The position numbers were made by a program, and so were the translations under genes. The notes beneath the pieces were generated by a model. That model made no database searches. It had not been told where the DNA came from and saw nothing but the letters and a program-made list of their open reading frames with translations. Below are positions 36,645 through 48,878 of a stretch of 64,000 nucleotides of DNA, piece after piece. The stretch's first letter is position 1; every line of letters starts with the position of its first letter. Source of the DNA: Felis catus (taxonomy: Eukaryota); the NCBI RefSeq assembly GCF_018350175.1, contig NC_058368.1:2976001-3040000 (forward strand), written 5' to 3'.

Positions 36645-38350
36645 TTCATTTATTCATTCATCAAATGTTAAGCAAATGCTTCCTAAGCACGTGTTTGAGT
36701 CACATCAGATGTGCTGATAAACAAAATAGTCAAGATGCTCATGTTCATATTTAATGATGGGAGACTAGCAAGAAACAAAACAGCAAAACTGTAGTTTGTA
36801 GTAGATGATAAGTAGTATAGAAAAAAAAGAAAAAAACATAGAACAGGTTGAGGGGCTGGAGAGGTAGGTTGTGAATGTCATTAGGGGTATAAAGAACTCA
36901 TTTGAGATGATAACATTTGAGCAAAGACTTGGAGGAGGGGAGGGGTTAGCCATGTAGGAAGTGGAGAGAGCATTCCAGTGCCCCAGGCACTACTGTGGTT
37001 GACATACTCAAGGAATCAGGAGGATGCCTTGGCTGGTGTTTCTTAAGAAAGGTAGGGGCGGGGAGGAGTAGGAGGTGAGGTCAAAGAAGATGCTATGAGG
37101 AAGTTCAGATCACGTGGGAGCTTTGGGTTTTACTCTGATTAAAATGGGGAGTATTTCAGGGTTTTGAGAAGAGAAATGACATATCATTCTTAGGGATTAA
37201 AAAGGCTGATGTGTTGTGAATAGACAGAGGGTGAATAAAGAAGCACAGAGACCAGAAGGGAGACTTTGGCTGTCATGAAGGTGATTGGAGATAGTAGCTG
37301 GGACCGAAATAATGGTATTAGAAATGGTCAGACGTGGTTGGATTCTGGATACATTTAAGAGGGGAACCCACAAAATTTCCTGATGTTCTGGAGGAAGAGT
37401 GTAGAAAAGGAGAGGGGGGAGCACCCGGGTGGCTCCGTCAGTTAAGCGTCCGATGAGCTCAGGTCACGATCTCACGGTCCGTGAGTTTGAGCCCCGCGTC
37501 GGGCTCTGTGCTGACAGCTTGGAGCCTGGAGCCTGCTTCGGATTCTGTGTCTCCCTCTCTCTCTGCCCCTCCCCTGCTCATACTCTGTCTCTTTCTCTCT
37601 CTCAAAAATAAGTAAACATTAAAAAAAATTTACAAAAGAAAAGAAAAAGTAAAGGAGCAAATATAAAGATAATTCCTACGGGTTTTGGCTTACGTAAATA
37701 TAAACGGAGTTGGCGTAACTGAAATGGGGAAGAAGGCGTACGTTCAGGGGAGGATCAGGTGTGACGATGTTTCCAATCGAGGAAGTTTTCTCCCTCGGTA
37801 TTTGGCATCCCTTATAGACGGGAGAGTGCAATGGGGGAGACTGACAGATCAGATATTAGGGATTTACAAAGTAAATGTAAAGGAAGGGCTAGGGGTAAGA
37901 GATTCTGGAGTAAAATAAGATTCAAGAAATTTGGAAGTAATACAAGCGATGGGAATAATGGACCATGGATTCCAATTTTCAAAGAAAAGAACATTAAACC
38001 TCAAGGAAGAGAGTAGTGTCACCAGATACACAGGAGGTCCAGGCTGGGTGTTTTGGTAGAGTATCTGTGTCCTCACATGGGGTTGTGGAGGGAGCTGTTA
38101 AGGGTGGTGAAGAAATTTAGAAACATTACAAAATGTCTAGATCGTGGGGTACAGGCGTTGAAGCGAGAATAAGGAAGTGAGTTAGAAGGACAGGCTATGT
38201 GAGTAAAGTGAGGAATTAAGTTTGAGATTGCAGAATAGCACGAACTCGAAGTAATGGCCTCGTCCGGGATGTAGGCGTTGGAGGGGTTGCCGAGGTGAAA
38301 TGGAGGCAGACAGTTGTAGCTACAGTCAGCTGAGCGTGTTAGATGGGGTG
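36645..38350 (-). mobile_element. L2 LINE fragments, 3' end at left, interrupted by a SINE
   Basis: catttattcattcatcaaat 3' tail, gataacatttgagcaaagacttggagga, gggttttactctgattaaaatgggga, ggattctggatacattt. Confidence 0.75.
37418..37650 (+). mobile_element. CAN-SINE nested in L2
   Basis: SINE body and A-rich tail. Confidence 0.95.
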
Positions 38351-38649
38351 ATCACTTAGTTTTTTAGCTTTATTGAGATGTAATTGATGTAGGATACAAT
38401 GCAAATATTAAAGCGTGAAATTGGATAGCTTTTGACTTAGCATACCCTCACGGAGCCATCACCACAATCAAGGTAATGAGCATGTTCATCACCCTCAAGA
38501 GTTTCTCCATGCTTCTTTCTAATCCCTCACTCCTTGCCACTCCATTCTGCCCACCCCCTTCCCAAGCAACCACTGGCCTGCTTCTGTCACTACAGATTAA
38601 TTTGTATGTTCCTAGAGTTTTACATAAATGGAATCATACGACGTGTATC

Positions 38650-38862
38650 CTTTTTCTCAATGTTTATTTTTATTTTTGAAAGTGAGAGAGAGAGAGAGAG
38701 AGAGAGCCAGCGAGGGAGGGGCAGAGAGAGAAGGGGACAGAGGATCTGAAGCAGGCTCCACGCTCACAGTAGGGAACCCGGTGCAGGGCTCGAACTCATG
38801 AAGTGTGGGATCGTGACCTGAGCCGAAGTGCTATGCTCAACTGACTGAGCCACTCAGGCGCC
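38650..38862 (-). mobile_element. CAN-SINE nested in L1
   Basis: SINE body with (GA)n. Confidence 0.94.
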
Positions 38863-39034
38863 TCACAATGTGTACTCTGTTGTTGTTTGGTTTCTTTCAC
38901 TCAGCATAATTATTGTAAACATTATTGATGTTTTTGCAAGGGTCAGTGTTAATTCACTTTTATTGCTGGATAGTATTCCATTGCATGGTCATACCTCAGT
39001 GTTTTATCAGGTGAATAATAGATGAATATCTTTA

Positions 39035-39239
39035 AAATTTTTTTTAATGTTTATTTATTTTTGAGAGAGAGAAAGAGAGCGTGAGCAGGGGAGGGGAGAC
39101 ACAGAATCTGAAGCAGGCTCCAGGCTCGGAGCTGTCAACACGGCACAGAGCCCGACATGGGGCTTCAACTCACAAACCATGAGATGGTGACCTGAGCCGA
39201 AGTTGGATGCTGAACCCATTGAGCCACCCAGGTGCCCCC
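39035..39239 (-). mobile_element. CAN-SINE nested in L1
   Basis: TSD agatgaatatcttt / aggtgaatatcttt. Confidence 0.95.
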
Positions 39240-41747
39240 AGGTGAATATCTTTTGATAGACATGAGGATTGTTCCAGTTTTGGGTGATTACAAATAAAGT
39301 TGCTGTAAATGTCTACGTACAAGTCTTTGCGTGGACATATGCTTTCATTTCTCTCGGGTAAATACCAAGGAATTGAATTGCTGAGCCATATGGTAGGTGA
39401 ATGATTCACTTAATAAGAAACTATCAAATTGGCTTTCAAAGTCAGAATGGGTTGGACCATTTTACCTTCCCACCAGCAGCGTATGAGAGTTCCAGGCGCC
39501 CTATATCCTCACTAACACTTGGTATGGACAATCTTTGATTTCATCCTTTCTAGTTGGTGCGCAATGACATCTCATGGCTTAATTTAGTATTTCCCTGGTG
39601 CCTAAAGATGTGGAGCATTTTTTCATATGCTTTTTTTCTAACGATATATCTTTTTTGTGAAGTGTCCAGACACTTTTTTGCCATTTTTTTGTTGAGTTGT
39701 TTTCTTCTTCTTAAGTATGAGTCTTTTAGAAATGTTCTTTTTACAAGTCCTTTGTCAGCTATATGTTTGCAAACATTTCACCCAGTCTGTGGTTTGTTTC
39801 TTCATATTCTTAACAATGTCTTTGCAAGAAGAAAAGTATGTAATTTGGATGAAGTCCAATTTATGGATTTTTATTTTATGGTTTGTGATTTTTTTGGTCC
39901 TATTTAGGAAATCTTAAGCCCAAGGACATTAAGATTTTTCTCCTACATTTTCTTCTAGAGGATTTGTTGTTTTAGCGCTTACAGAGGGTCTAGGATTCAT
40001 TTATGTATTCATTCACAGATACATGTGAGGTAAACAGTAAGTTGTTGTTGTTTTATTTTGCATATGGCTGTCCACTTTCTAGCACAATTTGTGGAAAAGA
40101 TTATTCTTTCCTTATTGGATTGCTTTGAGACCTTTATGGAAAATCAATTGATCATATATATGGGGGTCTACCTCTGGGCTCTGAATGCTTTGCCATTTAT
40201 ATATCTGTCCTACCTGTGTCTACCTGTATGGCAGGACCATGTTGACTTGATAATGCGTAGATATAAAATAAATCTTCATATCATGTAGTGTAAGTGCTCC
40301 AACTTTGTTCTTTTCAAAGTAGTTTTGACTAATGTAGATTGTTGCATTTTCATATAAGTTTTAGAATCAGGTTGATTCTATTTCTACAAAATCGTACCGA
40401 AATTTTGATTGGAGAAGCCTTGCCCCTGTGGGTTAATTTATGGAAGCTTGGGTTTTAGTAATTGGGTCTTACAACCCTTGACAATGGTATTTCTTTCTTT
40501 ATTTAGGTCTTTAATTTCTCTCATCACTGTTGTGTAGTTTTCAGTGAGCAAGTCTTACACATCTTGTGTCAAATTTATTCCTGAGCATTTCATATTTTCT
40601 GTACAGATATTTTTATGTAAATAGAAAATCGTAAAAGTATTTTGACACTATTGTTAATAGTAGTGCCTTTTTATTAATAGGCTTTATTTTGGGAACAGTT
40701 TTAGGTTTACCGAAAAATTGAACAAATATTTCAGATATACTCAAATATTCCCGTATACTCACCAGCCATACGCGGTTCATTCTATTACTTAACATCTTAC
40801 ATTAGTATGGTACACTTATTATGATTAAAAAAGCAATATTTGTATAATATACCATGATGACGTATATTCTTATTAATTGAAGTCCGAGGTTTATTTGGAT
40901 TTCAGATTTTATCTCATATCCTTTTTCTGTTTCACGATCTCACCAGAATACTACAAAGCATTTAGTTATGATGTTTCCTTAAGCTCTGCTTATTTGTCAC
41001 GTTCCTCAGACTTTCTTTGTTTTTAAGGACCTTGACAGTTTTGAGAAGTAATGGTCAGTATATTATAGGATATCCCCCCTACTGGAATTTGTTTGATATT
41101 TTTCTCATGTTTAGACTACGGCTCTGTGTTTTTAGGAGGAAGATCAGAGGGATAAGGAGCCATTGCCATCACATCGTATCAAGAGTCCGTACTGTCAGCA
41201 CGATGTAGGAGAGTTAATATTGACCTTGACCATCTGGTTGCAGTAGTGTTTGTCGGGCTTCTCCACTGTTATATACAATAAATAAAAGTTACTCTTTTAT
41301 TTCCCCTTCCTGTACTGTACTCTTTGGAAAGAAGTGGCTAGGCACCGCATACCCTGGCAGAGGGTAGGAGGTTAGACTTACCCTCTTTTTGAGTGGAGGA
41401 GATACATAATTTATTTGGAGTCCTTCTGCCCCGGAGATGTGTCTCATCCTCATTGATTAATTCTTTCATTCATTTACTTATATCCCTCTGGACGGAGGGA
41501 CATTTATGTTATTCCTTGGGTGTGATTCAATACTAATTTATTTATTTTGTGTGTTAAATTGTTCTAGCTTTGGTCATTAGGAACTCTTGCTGTGGCTCCT
41601 ATGCCCTTTTGATATAGCCCCATCGCTGCGGATTCTTTTTTTTTTTTTATGTTTTTGAGCACTTACTTTCTGGCACTCTAAGATGCCTCAGGCTTACTTT
41701 GTGTACTTCGCGCCCCAGTCCTAGAATCAGCCATTTCTCTAAGGACC

Positions 41748-41749
<2 letters not shown>

Positions 41750-41792
<43 letters not shown>
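41750..41792. repeat. (AT)n microsatellite
   Basis: Direct reading. Confidence 0.95.
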
Positions 41793-41795
<3 letters not shown>

Positions 41796-42929
41796 TAGTA
41801 AAAAATGATCATAGAAACCAGGATTTGGGTGCTAGGTATGCTTGTCGCTACTAGGGTGGCATTTCTTTTCGGCAATCTCAGCAGACAGAGCAAAGAAATG
41901 CATGTATTTCTGCTAATACATGCAGCTCCTTCTGCCCTCTGTCCTACCATTTGTTTCCAGAGTCATTTGGATCGGCGCCATTTCCTGTTGCCTTCCCTGA
42001 GATTATTTCCTACGTCTGCAATATAGTTAGGTTCTCTTGTCAGTCTCCAGTCTTTTCCTGAATCCCCCAACCTCCTGGGTGACTGTTAGACTTGCCTACA
42101 TTAAGGTTCACTCCTTGTGTTGCGAAGTTCTGCAGGTTTGGACAGCTGCCTAATGTCGTAGTATGTCCACCATGATGGTATCATACAGAACAGTTCACTT
42201 TCCTAAAAACACCCTACGCTTCGCTTATTCCTCCCTCCCCACTCTCTTTATACTCCCTGACCTCTTCACTCTTTCTACAGTCCTGCCTCCTCTCAGGACG
42301 TTATATAACTGGAACCACACACTACAGACAATCTTTCAAGCCTTCCTTCTTTCACACGCAAATGCAGGGCAGGTTCCTTCATGTCTTCTCGTGGCTTGAT
42401 AGCCCTTTTCCTCTTATCGGTGAAAAATGGTCCATCGTACAGATGTACTACCATTTGTTTGTCCAAACAGATGCTTCATGGTATGCTATGACTAGGTTAA
42501 GCTTTGTAAGTGCCGGAAAGGTTGTCTTCCAAAGTGGTGGGAGGCACATTCCCACCCGCAGTGAGTAGGAGCTCCTGTGGCCCTGCTCCCTCGCCAGCAT
42601 CCGAGAGTGTCAATTTTTTGGCATCTTAGCCATTCTGGTGGGTGCGTAGTGCTATTTCATTATTGTTTCAATTCACAGTTCTCTACTGGCAAATGACGTG
42701 GAACATCTTCCCATGTGCCTATTTGACATTCACCTGTCTTTTCTGTTGAGGTGGTGGGTCCAATCTTTTGCCCAATCTTTAATGGGTTTGTTTGTTTTCT
42801 TCTAGTCAGATCTTAAGACTGTGTTTTGGACACAAATCTTTTACAGGTACATGTTTTTCAAATATCTTCCGCCAGTCCGTGGCTTTTCGTTTTATTCTCT
42901 TAGCGGCGTCTCTTGCAGAGAAGTCTTTA

Positions 42930-43146
42930 ATTTTTTTTTAATGTTTGTTCATTTTTGAGAGAGAAAGAGAGAGACAGAACACGAGCAGGGAAGGGGCAGA
43001 GAGAGAAGGAGACACAGAATATGAAGCAGGCTCCAGGCTCAGAGCTGTCGGCCCAGAGCCCGATGTGGGGCTCAGACCCATGAGCTGTGAGATCATGACC
43101 TGAGCACAAGTCAGACATTCAACCAACTGAGCCACCCGGGTGCCCC
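42930..43146 (-). mobile_element. CAN-SINE nested in L1
   Basis: TSD gagaagtctttaattt / gagaaggctttaattt. Confidence 0.95.
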
Positions 43147-44195
43147 GAGAAGGCTTTAATTTTAATAGTCTAGGTTGTCTATGTTTTCCTATCATGTGTC
43201 GTGCTTTTAGAGTCTCTAAAAGCTCACTGCTAGATCCCAGATCACCTAGATTTTTCTCCTTATGCGATCTTCTAGCAGTCTTGTAGTTTTGCATTTTACC
43301 TTTAAGTGTATGATCCATCTTGAGCTAGTTTTTGTTCAAGGAACCGGTCTGTGCGTAGATACACATTTTGTCATGTCTGAATGTCCAATTGTTTCAACAC
43401 TGTTTACTGAGAAGACCGTCTTTTGCCATTGACCCGTCTTTGCTCCTTTGTGAAGGGACCTATATCTATTCTATTGCCAGTGCCACTTGGTCTTGCTTAT
43501 TATAGCTTTATACTAAGTCTTGATAAGGGTAGTCCTACTACGGTAGTCCTACTAAGGGTAGCATCAATCCTCGACTTTGTTCGTCTTCGGGATTTTGTTT
43601 GCTACCCTGGGTTTTTGCCTTGCCTGTAAAACTTAGAGTCCCTTTGTTACTTTCCACAAAATAGCTTGCTGATATTTTGAGGGGGGTTGCATTGAATTGA
43701 TAGCTCGAGTTGGGAAGAATGGCACTTTGACAACATTGAGTTTTCCTATATGCGTACATTGACTATCTCTTTATTTAGAACTTCTTTAATTTCTTGCATC
43801 AGACTTCTGTAGTTTTCTGCATCTAGATCCTGGATGTATTTTGTTAGATGGATAGCTAAGCATTTCAGGGTGTTTTTTTTTTGTTGTTGTTTTTTGTTTG
43901 TTTGTTTGGTGCTAATGTAAATGATACTGTGTTTTCAATTTCAAATTCCAACTGTTTATCGCTGGGGTATGGAAAACAATGTGCTTTTGTATGTCAGCCT
44001 TGTATCCTATGACCCTGCTAAAATCTAGGAGCTATTTTTTTTATTTTTTGTCAGATCTTTGTGATTTTGTACATAGACAATCATCTCCTCTGTGGCCAAA
44101 GGAAGATTTATTTCTTCTTTCTCAATCTGTATACCTCTTATTTCCTTTTGTTTGTATTACTGCATCAGCTAGGATTTCCAGTACAATGTTGTTGC

Positions 44196-44413
44196 TTTTT
44201 TAAATTTTTTAATGTTTATTTGTTTCTGAGAGAGAGAGACAGAGTGCAAGCCGGGAGTGAGGGTGCAGAGAGAGAGGGAGACACAGAATCCAAAGCGGGC
44301 TCCAGGTTCCGAGCTGCAGCACAGAACCTGACGCAGGGCTCGAACTCACGAACCGGTGAGATCATGACCTGAGCCGAAGTCGGACGCTTAACCAACTGAG
44401 CCACCCAGGCGCC
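44196..44413 (-). mobile_element. CAN-SINE nested in L1
   Basis: TSD agtacaatgttg / agtactatgttg. Confidence 0.95.
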
Positions 44414-44783
44414 AAGTACTATGTTGAATAAGAGTGGAGAGAAGGGGCATCTTTGCCTTATTCCTGTTTTGAAGGGCAAAACACTCATATTTTTTCACAA
44501 CTAAGTATGATGTTGGGTCAGCTGAGTCTTTTGTAATTGTTCTTGAGCAAGTTGGGGAAGTCACTCTTTATTCCTAGTTTGCTGAGAAATTTTGTCACGA
44601 ATCACCTTCAGGTTTGATTTCATCAAATGACTTTTCTGCATCTATCTATACAGTCACAGGATTTTTCTTCTTTAGTCGTCCATTATGTTAATTGATTGTT
44701 GAATCAATTCTTGTTTCTTGAATGTTGAACCAGCCTTCCAATACCTGGGGAGGGGGGGGGAACCACTTGGTCACGGTGTGTAA

Positions 44784-46134
44784 TGTCACAGAAAAAACCT
44801 CCGCCTTTTCTTTCCTGAGTAGGAAAAAACCCTGTTCTTCCCTGTTGTGTTTTTCACCCGTGAGTCTCCCGCGCGGCTCACAGAAGAATGCTTTGACTTC
44901 TCACGCTCTGGTCACCAAATGTGTGTGAGTTTTTCCCCACAAGAAGCAATTCTCTGTGACCTCAGTGGGGTGTCCTACAATTCAATTCAATTCTGACACT
45001 ACCTACCTGGAGACAGCATCAGATTCCCCACGTTGGGGGCAGAGTCCCATCAGACAGCCCCATGCCTCCTTCAGATGCCACTCACAAGCCCACCGATCTG
45101 AAAGGGAGCCAGAGGACATGAATGGAGAGTATCGTGCCTGCACCCTCAGAAGAACCGACCTTAAGAAGGGAGAGACTGATTTTTCCTAAGTGCCTGAACG
45201 ACAGATCAAGACGTAGCTCTTGACCAATGAACATCTGCCAAGAATTTCCCCCCATCCTCCAGCCAATGAGCTTACTGCTTGAAATTGGGCTGGCCGTCTC
45301 CCTCTGTGGTCTCTTCACCCATAAATACAACGCACCCCAAACCCTGAAAGGATCTGCCTGCGGCTTGCCCAGGACATGGTTCTCCTATTGCAAGTCCACT
45401 GCTATTCCTGAAGAAAGTCAACTTTTGGTGACTTGATTTTGCCTCAGTTTACCTCTTGTTTCAGGTTGGCAGTCTACACTTCTGACCAATCAGCTATCCT
45501 TTGGAGGTAGCCACGATGCCCCTCCGTGGACTTCGGACACCAGCCGCAAATCCGGGCTGTTACCTGTTGGCTGTGAATCAGAAGTTCCCATGACCCCCTT
45601 CTCAGGTTTGGTTCATTTGCTAAGAGCAGCTCACAGAACTCAGAGAGACATTTTACTTACCACATTGCCTGTTTTTATAAAAGGGTATAACTCAGGAACA
45701 GCCTGATGGAAGAGCTGCGCAGGGCACGGTGTGGGGAAAGGGCCTGCGTGTTCGCCAGCATGAAAGTTCTCTGAAGCCTGACCTCTTGGGTTTTTATGGA
45801 GGCTTCATTACACAGTCTCGATGGGTTAAATTATTGGCCATTGGTGATTTATTCGACCTACCGGCCCTCTCCCCTTCCTTGAGGGGAATGGGACTGAAAA
45901 TTCCAACCCCGTAATCACTCGGTCGATCCCCCTGGCAATCTGCCTCCATCCTTAGATGGGGGACAAAAGTCACCTTATAACGAGAGACACCTTTGTCACT
46001 GTCAACCCTTAGAAGCTTCCAAGGGTTTGGGGAGCTGTTTGCCAGGTACCATGAAGACCAAATACAGGTGAGAAATACATCTGAATCATCTGCAAGACCA
46101 AATACATATGTTTGTAATACATGAGAATATCGCA
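44784..46134 (-). mobile_element. MER21-like solo LTR, interrupted by a second LTR
   Basis: gggtgtcctacaattcaattcaattctgacactacctacctggaga, gctcacagaactcagagagaca, gggtttttatggaggcttcattac, gaagaccaaata...aatatcgca match recalled MER21 consensus; TG...CA ends. Confidence 0.85.
45099..45471 (+). mobile_element. MER34-like (ERV1 class) solo LTR nested in the MER21-like LTR
   Basis: Starts tgaaagggagccagaggacatg, has ccaatga boxes, cataaata TATA-like, ends ttgtttcaggttggca (MER34-type aggttgaca end); host LTR resumes at acttctgaccaatcagct. Confidence 0.65.
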
Positions 46135-47230
46135 ACAATTCCCTTTCTGTACCTACAAATGGACATAGTCACATGTCACTTCTAATGTAGCGTCCTGCCT
46201 GAACCCCTCGGGAGTTTATGGCCTTCTACTGTGGGACTCACACAAAACTCTGCTCTCCTGCCTTTATTTTAGGCCTTAGCATAGTGCATTGTGTTTATAC
46301 GTTTTACGTTCTGTCGCAATGCTGTGAACATCTGAGAACAGAGCTGTTTTTTAAAAGTTCTTTCTCTTTGTACCTGTAGCCCTCAGAGTGTGACTGTGTG
46401 ACAATCATTATCCTATTAGTGTCTCCTTCCCTAATACTTACTGTTCTGCCAGTCATACCTGAGTAGTCAAAAGTTTGTTGAAGGCAAAAAAAAAAAAAAT
46501 TAAGTTCCAAACATGAAACATGTTCCAAAGCCAGGCAGTAAAATGCTGAAATATTTTCGTGATATAAACCTCATGTGGAGGGTGACATATAGAAAAGAAT
46601 CCCATTTATTTTTAGTGACATTTTAAATTAATAAGCTGGACGACTTTATCAGCAAGGCAGCTACAGATTTCTGACCTTTGAACCCCTCAGGGCTGGGAGG
46701 AGCAGAGAAGGTGGCATTGGGACTTTATCACTCGTCTGGGCCCCCAGAGATATGCACGGGGTGTATATATTGCTCTGTGAACGTGCTGACATTGCATAAG
46801 ATGCTCGGGTTGCTTCGGTGACCCTGTCTTGTCTCTGAAGTCAGCCACTCTTATCCCATTTCCAATCTGTCTTCTTCTATCTCAAGGTGGAGGAGAAAAC
46901 AGGAGAAGGTGTTTTGTATAATTGTTATTGATTGGAGAGGCCTAAAATAAGTAGCACCGTCTCCAGCCTGTGGAATGGATCGGGGGAGGGGGTCACGAAC
47001 AAAAGCCACCTCTCTCTCTCTTTTGAAGTTCCTAGGAAATCATATCAGAAAAGAAGGGGAATTTTAGGCCTCTTTTATTCTCCTTTCTTGTAAGTCAGAA
47101 ATTCTGGAGACCCTTGACTATTCCTACTCTCAAATCAAGACGCCAGCTGTAAAATGTGTATCCCAACCAAGGATCGTGGCCATGTTTCTAGAACATCCTT
47201 CACTGCATGTGAGACCCTTTGCGATCTTGT

Positions 47231-47459
47231 TTTCTTTTTTGTTTTATTTTTTTTAATGTTTTTATTTATTTTTGAGACCGAGAGAGACAGAGCATGAGCA
47301 GGGGAGGGGCAGAGAGAGAGGGAGACACAGAATCAGAAGCAGGCTCCAGGCTCTGAGCTGTCAGCACAGAGCCCGAGGTGGGGCTCGAACTCACAAACTA
47401 TGAAGTCATGACCTGAGCCAAAGTCGGACGCTCAACCGACTGAGTCACCCAGGTGCCCC
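47231..47459 (-). mobile_element. CAN-SINE (downstream unit of dimer)
   Basis: Full SINE body with long T-rich (A tail) left end. Confidence 0.96.
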
Positions 47460-47472
47460 AAAGCATCTGATC

Positions 47473-47682
47473 TTTTTTTTAATGTTTATTTATTTTTGAG
47501 AGAAAAAGAGACAGAGCACAAGCAGGGGAGGGGCAGAGAGAGAGGGAGACACAGAATCCGAAGCAGGCTCCAGGGTCTGAGCTGTCAGCACAGAGCCCGA
47601 TGCGGGGCTCGAACTCACGGACCGCAAGATCGTGACCTGAGCTGAAGTCGGATGCTCAACCGACGGAGCCACCCAGGCGCCC
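47473..47682 (-). mobile_element. CAN-SINE (upstream unit of dimer)
   Basis: Full SINE body; tgcgatcttgt repeat flanks the pair. Confidence 0.96.
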
Positions 47683-48099
47683 TGCGATCTTGTCATTTTC
47701 ATCGGGAATGCTTTATAGCATCCACGAGAGAATCCTGGGAAAATCCTTATGGAGCCAAGCAGAAAACACACCTAGGATGTCAGCGATACTTATCAGCTAT
47801 TTCAGTGAGAACTTTCTCTCCAGTGTAGTGGAATAGACGTGAAAAGCAGCCAGCTAACGGCAGTGAATTGCCTGAGCAGTGTTATTTTTGTCTTGAGAAA
47901 CCACTACCCTGGCCTACATGAGCTAGACTATTCCTTTTTGAGCAATTACCATTATCATCTTCCCTGATTGTTTCCCGCTTTCATTGAGTAAACCCATTTT
48001 GTAATCCTATTTATTGTTTTTCTCACCTTAGGACTTCAGATATACATAATTACTTTCAAAGACAGCGCGGTCGTATAGAAGAAATTATTTTGCAAGCAT

Positions 48100-48470
48100 T
48101 GTCACTTACACTTATTTCAATATTCCCATGAGGTAAAGGTTAAGGAATTAAAGTATACTAAGACAATTTTTAAGGTCACACATTTGTTATACAGTGTTAT
48201 ACACATTTGACTACAGTGAAAGTTAGAACCTCAGCTCCCTGACTCCTACACCGGGACCGTGCCGGGAGACTGCAGAGAATTGAACACAATACGGGCTAAG
48301 GGCTTTTCACATATTCATTTCTAACTGCGAGGTGATATCACGATGTCAATTTTACAAATCGAGGGGACCGAGTCCCCGAGAGATAAGGCGATGTTCTCCA
48401 GGTGATATAGTCATAAGCTGTAGAACAAGTTGATCCCCGGACATGATTGGTTCCCAACGTCGAGCTATGT
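48100..48470 (-). mobile_element. MIR fragments
   Basis: aattttacaaatcgaggggaccgagtccccgagagataaggcgatgttctccaggtgatatag; aaggtcacac...gttagaacctcagctccctgactcc. Confidence 0.6.
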
Positions 48471-48669
48471 TATAACACCTGTGTAGCCTAGCCAGAGAGG
48501 ATTTCCTATCACCAGTGTCACCGTATTTGGCTGTTCAGGTAATGCCCTGTGCAAAAGTGCCTGACTTTTGGGAATCCGTCCAAGGTTTACCGGCTGCACT
48601 TACCTAGCCTTGCACCATGGCAAGAGGCAGCGTCATCAGGGAGGAGTGTCTTAAATTGGAATATCCAAC

Positions 48670-48878
48670 GGGGATGGGGTGGTTACGTGTCTGACTCTGG
48701 CTCAGGTCATGATCTCACGGTTCACGAGTTCGAGGCCCATGTCGGGCTCTGTGCAGACGGCTCAGAGCCTGGAGCTTGCTTCGGAGTCTGTGTCTCCACC
48801 TCTCTCTACCCCTCCGCCGTCCGTACTCTGTCTCTCTCTCAAAAATAAAAAAAAAATGTTAAAAAAATGTTTTAAAAA
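48670..48878 (+). mobile_element. CAN-SINE with altered/deleted 5' head
   Basis: TSD ggaatatccaacgggga / ggaatacccaacgggga; A-box region shortened. Confidence 0.93.

Larger units (their letters stand above)
38360..40660 (-). mobile_element. L1M 3' portion, interrupted by two SINEs
   Basis: tttagctttattgagatgtaattgat 3' end; tttacataaatggaatcatac; ttccagttttgggtgattacaaataaag; ttcccaccagcagcgtatgagagttcca. Confidence 0.88.
40665..44784 (-). mobile_element. Second L1 (L1MC/MD-like long 3'UTR plus ORF2 part), interrupted by (AT)n, two SINEs and an LTR
   Basis: ctttattttgggaacagttttaggtttaccgaaaaattgaac 3' end; ccccagtcctagaatcagccatttctctaagga; ttgcattgaattgatag; gctaggatttccagtacaatgttg. Confidence 0.85.
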
